DNA of 64,000 nucleotides from an uncultured Candidatus Saccharibacteria bacterium (GTDB lineage Bacteria; Patescibacteriota; Saccharimonadia; Saccharimonadales; CAZWFS01): NCBI GenBank assembly GCA_964633325.1, contig CAZWFS010000005.1, positions 3,313 to 67,312 of the forward strand, read 5' to 3'. Shown piece by piece: positions 26,917 to 35,977 of this stretch (position 1 is its first letter; each line of letters starts with the position of its first letter). The notes under the pieces were generated by a model. It saw only the letters and a program-made list of their open reading frames with translations, ran no database searches and was not told where the DNA came from. The position numbers and the translations under genes were made by a program.

Positions 26917-27549
26917 CTAAGCAGCGGGTTTTTGCGCAGGTTGCCGTTTAGTGAAGAGGTCCAGGCTAAATTCATCACAGACAGGGCTTGGTGGTTGACC
27001 TATTTCCATCCTGCCGACATCAGCCCGAAGACCTCCGTCGTCTCTGCTTCCAAGATTTAACTGTAGGCGTGCAGGTACTCCATCTGCACAAAGTGCTACA
27101 TCACTTCCTAACTTTCCGACCATCGGCTCACGGGGGTCTTCGGGGTTCATGCCAACAAGGAAATCGCCTTTTCCTGGTACACGCACCCATATTGGCTTGT
27201 ATGTTCTGCCTGCAACAACTTCGCCTCGGCTGCTAACAAATTTGCCCTCTGCTCTTGCGCCGCTTATTACGTTAGACAGTGACGGCCCAATGCGACTTGG
27301 TCGAATGTAACTAATCACTTTATCAATATCACTAGTCTCTTCTATTTTTTCTGCTGGTTTACCAAATCTCGAAAACTCATCAAGAATCATATTTACGTCT
27401 GCTGCCACGGCCACACCAGCAAGTATAGATAACCCCATTGCAAAGAATAGTCTACCCGTGTAGTTGCCAAGCTTATTAGCTAATAGAATACGCCGGTTTT
27501 TTAGGGGCAGATCATCATATTCCTGGGTATGCGTTGCCTCCATCATCAA
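26917..27549 (-). CDS. Hypothetical membrane-anchored protein (210 aa)
   Basis: Single N-terminal TM segment (LFFAMGLSILAGVAVAA) followed by a soluble domain of about 150 aa. No family recognised. The start could be TTG 27549 or ATG 27546/27543. Confidence 0.5.
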   Translation of the reverse strand: MMMEATHTQEYDDLPLKNRRILLANKLGNYTGRLFFAMGLSILAGVAVAADVNMILDEFSRFGKPAEKIEETSDIDKVISYIRPSRIGPSLSNVISGARAEGKFVSSRGEVVAGRTYKPIWVRVPGKGDFLVGMNPEDPREPMVGKLGSDVALCADGVPARLQLNLGSRDDGGLRADVGRMEIGQPPSPVCDEFSLDLFTKRQPAQKPAA

Positions 27550-27625
27550 CTCATTATGTGATTATGCGATAAATATATGGTTACGCAGATAAGAAATTTT
27601 GGCACTGAAGTATGAAGGTTATGTT

Positions 27626-27709
27626 TGGTGCGCGAGAAAGGACTTGAACCTTCACGCCTTGCGGCACTAGCTCCTAAGGCTAGCGTGTCTACCATTCCAC
27701 CACTCGCGC
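27626..27709 (-). tRNA. tRNA-Leu (anticodon UAG), 84 nt with encoded CCA
   Basis: Gene strand reads GCGCGAG..GTGGAATGGTAGACAC..CTAGC-CTTAGGA-GCTAG..long variable arm..GAAGGTTCAAGTCCTTT-CTCGCGC-A-CCA. The 7-bp acceptor, the TAG in the anticodon loop and the GGTTCAAGTCC T-arm were folded by hand. Confidence 0.9.
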
Positions 27710-28017
27710 ATCAGAGATTATTGTATGGAAGGTTCAAGCGATTGTCTATTTATGAAAGGACCTGTACCCTTCATGCCCTCTCTTTAGCTGCAGCTACGTT
27801 CGATGCCAGGCAGTTGGGGTCGCCATGAAATTTATCTTGTGGGGTGAAAGCTTGGAAAACATAAAAGTTCACTCATTCGTTATGCAGATGCCCCATGTTT
27901 AGTGCAGTTTGGGATGAAAAAAAGAGCATCGCAAGGGAGCCACACAGAAATGTATGGTGAGTGCGGAGCGCGATTTTCGCCCAAAATGTGCAAATATGTG
28001 GTATCTGAGAATTATTT

Positions 28018-28551
28018 TTATGAGTTTTTGCGGAAGAAGACCAGCTGGCTGTCTCCGTAGTTATTTTGCTTCAAGAGATTAAGGTCAATAAATTCCGGTG
28101 CAATAAGTTTTCCGGGCCAATCCAGAACATACAAGCCATCTTTAATAACATGCCGGGTAAGCTTCTGTAGTAGCTTTAGTTGCAGCTTGTCATATGGGGG
28201 CGCAGCTAAGACTATATCAAAAGTAGTTTCTGAATTATTATCGCTCCAGCTAGAACAATTAGCTTGGATAATCTTCATTTTTTGCTGGATCCCTAGAGTG
28301 TTTATTCCTTCTTTGATAACTTTGACTGCTTGCTTGCCTATATCTACCGCGGTTACGAATGACGCACCCCTACTGACAGCTTCAAAGCTTAATGCCCCGC
28401 TGCCAGCAAAAGCATCTAATACAGTTAAACCCTCTATATCGCCTAAGCTATTAAAAAGGCCGCCTTTAACTCGTTCGCTCATGGGGTGGGTCTTATGGCT
28501 TGAAGGCGATTTGAATGTCCTGCCTGCTAGTAAACCGCTAATGATTCTCAT
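28018..28551 (-). CDS. rsmD: 16S rRNA (guanine966-N2)-methyltransferase RsmD family
   Basis: DAFAGSGALSFEAVSRGA SAM motif and AAPPY motif. Start moved to Met13 (MRIISG...). Confidence 0.85.
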   Translation of the reverse strand: MRIISGLLAGRTFKSPSSHKTHPMSERVKGGLFNSLGDIEGLTVLDAFAGSGALSFEAVSRGASFVTAVDIGKQAVKVIKEGINTLGIQQKMKIIQANCSSWSDNNSETTFDIVLAAPPYDKLQLKLLQKLTRHVIKDGLYVLDWPGKLIAPEFIDLNLLKQNNYGDSQLVFFRKNS

Positions 28552-28555
28552 GTAT

Positions 28556-29371
28556 CTATCCCGTAAGTTCTGCCTCAGAAAGAGCACAGAACCAAGCTAG
28601 AGTTACTGTCTGTACAAGGGTTGGGCCTAGTTTATGGCGGACGTCATAGGCAAGTTTTGGCGTCCAGCCTTTCTCGCAGTAGTTCCTGTACATATCCAGC
28701 ACCGCTATCTCTCTCGCGGCTCGTCTGAACCATTCTACTATTCCGTCTTCTTGGGCAGCGGCAATATCGTGCTTGCTTGGCATCGTCTCGCTAAATGTCA
28801 GCGGTGCTATTATGGTGGCAACCCCCATCTCAAACAGCCCATGAGCTGTGCGTAACCCTTTTGGTCCCCATGCTCGCCAATTGTTTCGTAGCTGATCGCG
28901 GCGCGTTAATCCTGGCATTACGAGCTTCAACTTGACACTCGTACGGCTTTCAGGGGTCGCGCCTCCTCGCAGGAGCGCCAACTCTTCCTCGTACGGATAA
29001 TGATGCGCTGGCGTTAGGCCATCGACCAAGGCATGTGCTAGCCACGCAGCTTCAAAAGCCGCCCTTTCCTTGTTTGCAGCTTTCAACTCCGCCACTAAGC
29101 TTCCATAGTGAGCCTTAATGATACCTAGTAGCTCCGTATCTTCATCGTCAAAGGGCATGAAGTAATGGCCGGGTTCATCTTCCCCCGGGCTTTTGCGCTT
29201 TATTCCGTCCGGTCCATTGGTACCTTCAAACTGCAAAATGGAACGTATGCCCGGGAAAACCCCATCATCAGGGATTAGCTTAGTAATATGTCGGCGGGCT
29301 ATTCTGTCTATTTTTTGATGCGCGCCGATGATACGGCCGGAGTATTTGGTAAGAGTGGAGCCGCTGTACAT
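28556..29371 (-). CDS. Zinc-dependent phospholipase C / P1-nuclease superfamily-like protein
   Basis: The metal-ligand spacing matches Bacillus cereus PLC. AHALVDGLTPAHH gives H-x3-D-x5-H, AHGLFE gives H-x3-E, and GHYFMPFDD resembles SHFYDPD. No signal peptide seen. Confidence 0.45.
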   Translation of the reverse strand: MYSGSTLTKYSGRIIGAHQKIDRIARRHITKLIPDDGVFPGIRSILQFEGTNGPDGIKRKSPGEDEPGHYFMPFDDEDTELLGIIKAHYGSLVAELKAANKERAAFEAAWLAHALVDGLTPAHHYPYEEELALLRGGATPESRTSVKLKLVMPGLTRRDQLRNNWRAWGPKGLRTAHGLFEMGVATIIAPLTFSETMPSKHDIAAAQEDGIVEWFRRAAREIAVLDMYRNYCEKGWTPKLAYDVRHKLGPTLVQTVTLAWFCALSEAELTG

Positions 29372-29425
29372 TTATGAACGAACCCCTTTATATAGACAGT
29401 AGCAACTTATCATTTCACATCCAAC

Positions 29426-31483
29426 TCAATTTAGATTCGTTACAGATCGTAGCTTCATAACTCTCTTGTGCAATCGAGGATATTGTAGCAGATTCTCCTT
29501 ATGCATAATGAAAGCTTGGGCATTCTGGCGAGCCGCGGCGATAAGCTTTGCGTCTGTAAGTTTTGCAACGCGCAGGTCCAATTGCCCATGTTGGAATGTG
29601 CCGTAAATTGCACCGGGACCCCGGATTTCCAAGTCTAGTTCCGCCAGGGCGAATCCGTCGGATGATTGCTCCAAAGCCCTCAAGCGGCGGCTTGGGGCGA
29701 ATGAATCGCTCATCATTAGATAGCACCAGCCTTGTTTATTACTTCTCCCTACTCGCCCACGTAACTGATGTATTTGCGCCAATCCGAAGCGTTCGGCACT
29801 TTCTATCAGCATCACCGTAGCATTTGGCACGTTTACACCCACTTCTATGACAGTGGTAGCAACCAGTATATCCAGTTCCTGGGACACAAACCGCTCCATG
29901 ACAGTATTCTTCTGGTCTGACTTCATTTTGCCGTGCAGTAATCCTACTCGGCGGTGTTTAAAGGGCCCTTTACGTAATTTCTCATACACTTCTTCTACAG
30001 AGGCCATGCTATCAGGTACCTTTTCATCGCCCGGAATATCCTCCTGGGGTGCGATTAGCGGGCAAACCACAAATACCTGGCTTCCTTCTTCTATCTGCTT
30101 GTCGATCGCCTCGTAAAGTTGAGCACGGGAATTAGGGGAGCATACCTTGGTTTTGACCGGTTTCCGGCCCTCGGGCTTAGTGTCAATTACGGATATGTCG
30201 AGCTCACCGTAAAGGGTCAAGGCCAGGCTACGTGGTATCGGCGTGGCCGTCATGTGAAGTACATGCGGCATATGGCCGGCCTTGGCCTGTAATTTTTTCC
30301 GCTGCTCCACCCCAAATCTGTGTTGTTCGTCTATGACTATCAGTCCAAGCCTATGCATATCAACTTTCTCTTGTATCAGGGCATGCGTACCCACCACCAA
30401 CCGCATATCTCCGGAAACTAATCGTTTATAAGCCGCGTCCTTTTGCTTACTAGGCATACTGCCGATTAGCAGGCCTACCTGCTCGGATAGCCCAAGGGGA
30501 TTCAAGAGTTGAATTATGGTTTCAGCATGCTGCCGGGCCAATAATTCGGTGGGCGCCATTAGGGCTACCTGGAAGCCCTCTCGCATGGCCATAACCGCGG
30601 CCATGACAGCTACGACTGTCTTACCGGATCCCACATCGCCCTCGATCAGCCGGTTCATGGGTTGCGAGGTTTGCATGTCTTTATATATTTGCCAGACTGT
30701 TTTTCTTTGGGCGTCGGTTAGTCTAAACGGTAAATGTTTTACAAAGTCGCGAGCCAGTTTCTCGTCAAAAGGGATTTGCAAGGCTTTTTGGTGTGATAAT
30801 TCGTGTTTGTTCAGTAGTGCCGCCAGGGTCAGCTCAAAGACTTCTTCAAACCCCAGCCGCCGTTTGGCTGCCTCTAAATCCTCATTGCTAGAAGGAAAAT
30901 GCATAGTCATGACCGCCTTATGCCTTGGGATCAGGTGGTTATCTTTTAATAACCAGGCCGGCAATGACTCGGATATTTCGACCTTCTGGAATACATCCTT
31001 TAGTAGCTTCCTGATCTGCACAGACTTCAGTCCCTTAGTTTCCCTGTAGACCGGTACAATTCGTGCCGTGCTAACCGTAAAAGTACTAGCAAGCTCTGCC
31101 GATGGGTTCATGATACTAAGCCGTTGGCGGTTTAATTCCAAAGGGCCTGATATAAAGTATTCTTCATCTCGCTTCAATGCGCGCGCCCGATAAGGTTGGT
31201 TAAACCATATCAAACGCACACTACCTGTTTCATCAGATGCTACAGCCTCTGTAATGTGCATCCCCCGGCGAACATACCGCCCCGTAGCCTGCTTTATGAC
31301 GGCTTTGATGGTGACTGGCCCAGGTTTAATCCGCACTATGTCTTGCACTTGGGAATAATCTTCATATCGCCGCGGATAATTATCCAACAAATCCTGCACG
31401 GTCTTAACACTAACCGTTGCCAATTTTTTAGCCAAAACCTCGCCAACCCCCTTTAACTCCTCAATCGGCTGCTCCAAATCCAT
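29426..31483 (-). CDS. recG: ATP-dependent DNA helicase RecG
   Basis: GDVGSGKT Walker A and DEQHRFG motifs, with an N-terminal wedge region. Start moved to Met15. Confidence 0.95.
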   Translation of the reverse strand: MDLEQPIEELKGVGEVLAKKLATVSVKTVQDLLDNYPRRYEDYSQVQDIVRIKPGPVTIKAVIKQATGRYVRRGMHITEAVASDETGSVRLIWFNQPYRARALKRDEEYFISGPLELNRQRLSIMNPSAELASTFTVSTARIVPVYRETKGLKSVQIRKLLKDVFQKVEISESLPAWLLKDNHLIPRHKAVMTMHFPSSNEDLEAAKRRLGFEEVFELTLAALLNKHELSHQKALQIPFDEKLARDFVKHLPFRLTDAQRKTVWQIYKDMQTSQPMNRLIEGDVGSGKTVVAVMAAVMAMREGFQVALMAPTELLARQHAETIIQLLNPLGLSEQVGLLIGSMPSKQKDAAYKRLVSGDMRLVVGTHALIQEKVDMHRLGLIVIDEQHRFGVEQRKKLQAKAGHMPHVLHMTATPIPRSLALTLYGELDISVIDTKPEGRKPVKTKVCSPNSRAQLYEAIDKQIEEGSQVFVVCPLIAPQEDIPGDEKVPDSMASVEEVYEKLRKGPFKHRRVGLLHGKMKSDQKNTVMERFVSQELDILVATTVIEVGVNVPNATVMLIESAERFGLAQIHQLRGRVGRSNKQGWCYLMMSDSFAPSRRLRALEQSSDGFALAELDLEIRGPGAIYGTFQHGQLDLRVAKLTDAKLIAAARQNAQAFIMHKENLLQYPRLHKRVMKLRSVTNLN

Positions 31484-31490
31484 TGTTTTA

Positions 31491-31496
31491 AGTATA
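31491..31496 (-). promoter_or_regulatory. -10 hexamer 7 nt upstream of the recG ATG
   Basis: Gene strand reads TATACT, then TAAAACA, then ATG (31483). No SD. Confidence 0.4.
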
Positions 31497-31790
31497 GTGG
31501 AGAAGTTATGCTTCGCGATCAACAAACAAAAGTTTACAACTCCCTGAGCCGTTAGAAAGTTCTTACTTGTCTGTTAGTAATGCCTATGATGAAATCGAAC
31601 AGTATTTTACATCGGCAAGGCGACAGAGAGCCAGAGATTAAATACCCTAATAATGAGTTACTTTCTGAACGCGTAGAGGAGACCTGTCAATCGTCTTAAT
31701 CTTTATGCGCTATCGCCTAAACCCAAAGTTTAGCTTAACGGTGTACTAATTTTATTTTAGTCTCTTTTTGTAGGCGGTTGAATACCAGAG

Positions 31791-32519
31791 CTATAATTGT
31801 ACCTTTACCAGTATTGGCAAATGGTCAGAATAATCAGTGGCAACAACTTCGCTGGACAAAACTTTGACATCATGCGAGGTAAACATATAGTCCAAACGCC
31901 AATCAAGTGTATCGGCAGCGAAACCATGCATCTCAAATGGTTTAGTCGTCCATGTCTTTTCGCTATAATCAGGTCCAGCAGGAACTAATATCTTGCTAAG
32001 TTCTTGAATGAGACTGGAATCAGGTGTTGCGTTCAAGTCGCCAGTTAGCAAATAGCGTCTTTGCTTGGGTCGCAATACTTCTATGAATCTTTCAGATTCG
32101 GCTCGTTTGCCAGGGAAGAACTTAAAACGAGGCGTGTATGATAAATGAGCCGTCCCAACAGTTAATTGAGCGTCACCCACGTCCAGCTCTGCTTCAATGT
32201 AAGCACGATTGTATTGAGAGTAATCGGTGTTCTGTGGGTCGGCGTGTGACACATAGGTCGTACGACAATCCGATAGTGGGAATTTACTGAAAATACCATT
32301 ACCAATAGTTAGGTCAGGCTGGCTATCTGTTGCTTCGTAATAACTTCGGTAACCAAGTGCAGCAATTTCAGACGGAAGATCACGATTAGGATTCGCTATG
32401 GAGTTCTGCGTCAGTTCTTGTAAGCAGACAATATCGGCTCCAATCTGCTTAATAAGGCGCAGTATCTTGTCACCCTGTTCAGTGTATAAAACATTCCACT
32501 GTAAAACTGAATGCTCCAT
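31791..32519 (-). CDS. Endonuclease/exonuclease/phosphatase (EEP) family protein
   Basis: VLQWNVLY, DIVCLQEL and YSDHLPILV motifs. Start moved to Met36, 1 nt after the upstream TAA, with a GAGGGAG SD. Confidence 0.7.
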   Translation of the reverse strand: MEHSVLQWNVLYTEQGDKILRLIKQIGADIVCLQELTQNSIANPNRDLPSEIAALGYRSYYEATDSQPDLTIGNGIFSKFPLSDCRTTYVSHADPQNTDYSQYNRAYIEAELDVGDAQLTVGTAHLSYTPRFKFFPGKRAESERFIEVLRPKQRRYLLTGDLNATPDSSLIQELSKILVPAGPDYSEKTWTTKPFEMHGFAADTLDWRLDYMFTSHDVKVLSSEVVATDYSDHLPILVKVQL

Positions 32520-32520
32520 A

Positions 32521-33168
32521 TTAATTCTCCCTCTCATCTGCTCTAAACGAGAAGCAATATACCCAATCCAAGTCTCGCTTATCAGGGCCGAACAAGTCTC
32601 GTTCGTTAATATAATAAGCGTCAATATCAGTAAAGCCTGTTTCTTGTAATACGACAGTCACAGCTTCGGTAGTTTTGAAGTTGAAATAACGAGCTGCATT
32701 GCTTGAGAAGTTCTCTACAAACTCTTGGCTACCCTCTCCCTTTTTGAAGGATACAAAAAGTACACCCCTAGGTTTTAGTACACGATAAAATTCATGCAAA
32801 GCTTTAGTAATATCTTCATCATTCAAATGCAGAAGCGTCGCATGACACCAAATACTGTCAAAACTTTCGTCTGGAAATCCCAGATCTAGTACGTCCATTT
32901 TATAGAATTTAATGTCAGGGTGTGTAGCGATAGCTTTTTGAAGCAGCCCGTCAGATAGGTCAATACCTGTAGGTGCCAGGCCTGCTGTTTGGAACTCGGC
33001 ACTGTCACGCCCAAATGCACAACCAGCGTCTAAGACAGTTTTACCGACTCCAACAGTTTCAACAAAACGCTTGAACTCTGCAGGTGGGGTCATGCCAGTT
33101 GTACTAGCTTCATACTTGTCAGGACTTTGATTATAGGCTGCGATAGTTTTATCTATATATTCAGACAT
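32521..33168 (-). CDS. Class I SAM-dependent methyltransferase
   Basis: VLDAGCAFGRD motif I and LKPRGVLFV post-II region. Confidence 0.75.
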   Translation of the reverse strand: MSEYIDKTIAAYNQSPDKYEASTTGMTPPAEFKRFVETVGVGKTVLDAGCAFGRDSAEFQTAGLAPTGIDLSDGLLQKAIATHPDIKFYKMDVLDLGFPDESFDSIWCHATLLHLNDEDITKALHEFYRVLKPRGVLFVSFKKGEGSQEFVENFSSNAARYFNFKTTEAVTVVLQETGFTDIDAYYINERDLFGPDKRDLDWVYCFSFRADEREN

Positions 33169-33173
33169 AAAGA

Positions 33174-33608
33174 TTATTCCAATGTATCAAAGTCTTTTAG
33201 CATTTGAGTACGCTTTTCGTTGCCGTCAAATTCGTTGTCCACCCAAGCCGTGAGTATTTGCTCAAAATCGTCTTTGTACCAAGAGCCAAGACATAATACG
33301 TTGGCATTGTCATAAACTCTTGCGTTCTTAGCTTGCTCTGCGTCCCTACAAAGTGAAGCCCGTATACCTTTTAGTCTATTTGCACCAATTTCTACGCCTA
33401 CACCAGTGCCGCAGGCGAGAATGCCGAAGTCTGCTTCGTTCGACTGCACCTTGTGCGTTATGGCGGGGATAATTTCTTGTAAGCTAATCCTTACATCTGC
33501 ACTCTTTGTACCAAGATTGGTAACTTCAATATTTCTCGCTTGGAGCAGAGCCACAAGCTTATTAACTAAATCAACTGCGTAATGGTCGCCAGCAATAACT
33601 ATTTTCAC
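33174..33608 (-). CDS. rpiB: Ribose-5-phosphate isomerase B (RpiB/LacA/LacB family)
   Basis: GILACGTGVGVEIGANR motif; 144 aa; GTG start. Confidence 0.85.
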   Translation of the reverse strand: MKIVIAGDHYAVDLVNKLVALLQARNIEVTNLGTKSADVRISLQEIIPAITHKVQSNEADFGILACGTGVGVEIGANRLKGIRASLCRDAEQAKNARVYDNANVLCLGSWYKDDFEQILTAWVDNEFDGNEKRTQMLKDFDTLE

Positions 33609-33724
33609 ATTTGCGCCTCATATTTACTTAGCAGTTCAAAACCTAATGCGCGGTAGTACTGATTGACTTGGACAAAGTCGGGTACATGCAACTCTATAAG
33701 TATGTTGTTTCGAGCTGGTTTCAT
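33605..33724 (-). pseudogene. 39-codon remnant resembling the N-terminus of a glyoxalase/VOC-fold protein
   Basis: Not in ORF track. MKPARNNILIELHVPDFVQVNQYYRALGFELLSKYEAQM fits the VOC beta1-alpha1 pattern (hydrophobic strand, then xxFYxxLGF). It stops at a TGA that overlaps the rpiB GTG. Confidence 0.25.
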
Positions 33725-33785
33725 AAATCCTCTGAATTAACAGAATAATATCACCATATCCCTGTCGAAATAAGAGGGAAAGCAT

Positions 33786-34553
33786 CTAGGAGGCTTTGCG
33801 GACTAGGAGGAAGGTACTGGGGCCGAAGTAGGTGCGGGCTAAGGTTGGCTGTAGCAACTTTTCGGCGCTTAGGAGGATGCTTTTGGGAACGATTTTTTTT
33901 AGGCCTGGGGACCTTAAATTTGATACAGAGAGCACACCCTCTACCTTTAGGGCGGCGTGGGCTAGCTGCTTAATGACTGTTCTGGGGTTATGATTTACGA
34001 ACGGTATTTCTTCTTCCCGCTGGTTTTTGGCTGAGCGAATATCTACCGGCTCCAAAGGCAAGCGCTGGGCCCTTAAATAATGCTTTAAGCGGTTGCGGGC
34101 GTGGGCATAGTTTGCAACTTCTAGGATAAAAAGGCCGTTAGGTTTCAACACACGGGATATTTCGGCGAATTCTACGCTCGGATCCGGCAGGTGGTGCATG
34201 ACGCGGATCATGATAAGAAGATCCACGCTGTTTTTATCAAACTTCAAATCATCTGCCTGCATCAACTTGCGCTCAACATGCGGCAGATTTTTTAAATATT
34301 TCTTGGCAATGTCCAGCTGCTGTTGTGAAGGTTCCGCCAGGGTAACTTTGTCGGCATATTCCGCCAGCAACGCGCTTAAACGGCCATAGCCACCACCGAT
34401 ATCAACGGCGTGCTTGAAATGCTGGCCTTTTATAAGACGCCTAATGGCTATTTCTTCTGCGGCGTGTTCGTAATCCCGCCCATCCCAATAGTGCAAATAA
34501 TTATGGTTGGGGTCATTGTATTGGTCAGCTTTTTTCTTTGCTCTCATCACCAT
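33786..34553 (-). CDS. Class I SAM-dependent methyltransferase
   Basis: VDIGGGYGRLS motif I and LKPNGLFILE. Confidence 0.75.
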   Translation of the reverse strand: MVMRAKKKADQYNDPNHNYLHYWDGRDYEHAAEEIAIRRLIKGQHFKHAVDIGGGYGRLSALLAEYADKVTLAEPSQQQLDIAKKYLKNLPHVERKLMQADDLKFDKNSVDLLIMIRVMHHLPDPSVEFAEISRVLKPNGLFILEVANYAHARNRLKHYLRAQRLPLEPVDIRSAKNQREEEIPFVNHNPRTVIKQLAHAALKVEGVLSVSNLRSPGLKKIVPKSILLSAEKLLQPTLARTYFGPSTFLLVRKAS

Positions 34554-34573
34554 AACCGGTTTAGTATATCAGA

Positions 34574-35827
34574 TTAGTTTTCACGCTCAATAAGAGCGGT
34601 GTCTTTGAATGCTTTTCCGCGGCGCAGCAACAACTGCCCATTTATAAAATCACCATCATCTAAATTAGCCTTGCTTACTACATTATTGTTTACGTACACG
34701 CCACCGCTCCCCATAACTCTGTTAGCTTCAGAACCGGACGCTACCAAACCGCTATTTACTAGAGCTTCTGCAATTGTTGCTTCACCGCCTACTTTGGCAT
34801 ATGGCATTTCGCTGCGGAAAAGGGCAATTACTTCCTCATCAGCTTCCAATAAAGATGTCTTCCCGGTTAGGATATTTGTAGCAAGCTGGGCTTTTTTAGC
34901 TTCCGATTCACTATGTACTAGCTTTGTTACCTCGTAGGCGAGAAAATTTTGGCCGGTGCGGCCCTTGGGGCTTTGCGTATGCTCTTCAACCACCCTATCG
35001 ATTATCTCTTTGTCATGTTCGGTAAATACTTTCAAGTAATCCTCAAGTCTTTGATCGTCCGTATTCACCCAGAACTGGTAGAACTGCGTTGGCGAGGTCT
35101 TTTGCGGGTCTAACCATACCGCACCCTCTTCGCTCTTTCCGAATTTTTTACCCGTGGCCTTGTTAATTATAAGAGGATGGGTCAAAACATGAACATCTTT
35201 GCCTCGTACTCTGCGTATTAATTCTACCCCCGACAGACAATTCCCCCATTGATCTGAACTACCTATCTGGAGAGTCACTCCAAAGTTATCGTACAGATGC
35301 AGGAAATCCATTCCTTGTAATAGAGTATAGCTAAACTCTGTATAACTAATACCAATTCCGCCTTCGCCGATCCGTTTGGCTATGTAGTCTCTCTGCACTA
35401 GGGGGGTCATGCTGAAGTGTTTTCCTATGTCACGGAGGAACGCGAGAGCGCTCAAATTTCTAGTCCAGTCCAAATTATTAACGAGAGTAAAATCATGTTC
35501 TCTGTGTATCTGCCTTAGTTGTTTCTCCGCTTTGGCTACATTATTACTGATTACCGATTCTTCCTGCATAGGCCTTTCCATATCTTTGCCGCCAGGGTCG
35601 CCTATAAGGCTTGTTGCTCCACCAGCTAATAAGTAGGCCTTGTGACCATGACGCATGAATACCCTGTCAACCATCATGCCAGCCAAATTACCAACGGTTT
35701 GGGAATCTGCCGAAGCGTCAAAACCGTGGTAAAAGATCCACTGCGGCAGAGCATCCAACTGGGTTATATCATTAAATGTCGATTGATTTATGAACCCTCG
35801 CCACTTTAGTTCTTCTGATAACGTCAT
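34574..35827 (-). CDS. tyrS: Tyrosine--tRNA ligase
   Basis: HGFDASADSQTVGNL (HIGH region), KFGKS (KMSKS) and a C-terminal S4-like domain. Start moved to Met17 (MTLSEELKWRGF). Confidence 0.95.
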   Translation of the reverse strand: MTLSEELKWRGFINQSTFNDITQLDALPQWIFYHGFDASADSQTVGNLAGMMVDRVFMRHGHKAYLLAGGATSLIGDPGGKDMERPMQEESVISNNVAKAEKQLRQIHREHDFTLVNNLDWTRNLSALAFLRDIGKHFSMTPLVQRDYIAKRIGEGGIGISYTEFSYTLLQGMDFLHLYDNFGVTLQIGSSDQWGNCLSGVELIRRVRGKDVHVLTHPLIINKATGKKFGKSEEGAVWLDPQKTSPTQFYQFWVNTDDQRLEDYLKVFTEHDKEIIDRVVEEHTQSPKGRTGQNFLAYEVTKLVHSESEAKKAQLATNILTGKTSLLEADEEVIALFRSEMPYAKVGGEATIAEALVNSGLVASGSEANRVMGSGGVYVNNNVVSKANLDDGDFINGQLLLRRGKAFKDTALIEREN

Positions 35828-35834
35828 GGGAGAT

Positions 35835-35840
35835 AGTATA
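35835..35840 (-). promoter_or_regulatory. -10 hexamer 7 nt upstream of the tyrS ATG
   Basis: Gene strand reads TATACT, then ATCTCCC, then ATG (35827). No SD. Confidence 0.4.
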
Positions 35841-35977
35841 ACGTAGTGGTAAAGTTTGCTTGCTTTTACTTGCATTTTCGTTGCACTAAGCTAGTCATTT
35901 TTGTTAGATGCCAGCAGCATGTTTGCTATAATGCTTAGCTGTAACATGCATGCACTTAAAGGAGTCCGAAATACACA

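Noticed and set aside
26819-26920. A 33-aa plus-strand hydrophobic mini-ORF (MSVTDINQLASAIMGATIAVLVAVMMRNKSTDY) between hisS and the 210-aa gene.
   Set aside because: It is too short to support from sequence alone and has only a weak AAAAGG SD. I noted it in case small-protein or Ribo-seq data exist.
27625-27828. A 67-aa plus-strand ORF.
   Set aside because: It is antisense to, and largely made of, the tRNA-Leu gene.
27710-28017. Naming the noncoding gap as a specific RNA family (SRP RNA, RNase P RNA, 6S or tmRNA).
   Set aside because: I could not find any of the diagnostic conserved motifs by eye. It is kept only as an unassigned candidate in the findings.
35828-35977. A T-box riboswitch upstream of tyrS, and similarly upstream of hisS at 26707..26916.
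   Set aside because: The tyrS upstream space is 150 nt, is shared with the divergent PBP promoter, and has a -10 located 7 nt from the ATG. No T-box sequence (AAUUAGGGUGGUACCGCG-like) is present. The hisS upstream GGTGGGTCGAG matches the T-box only over GGUGG.
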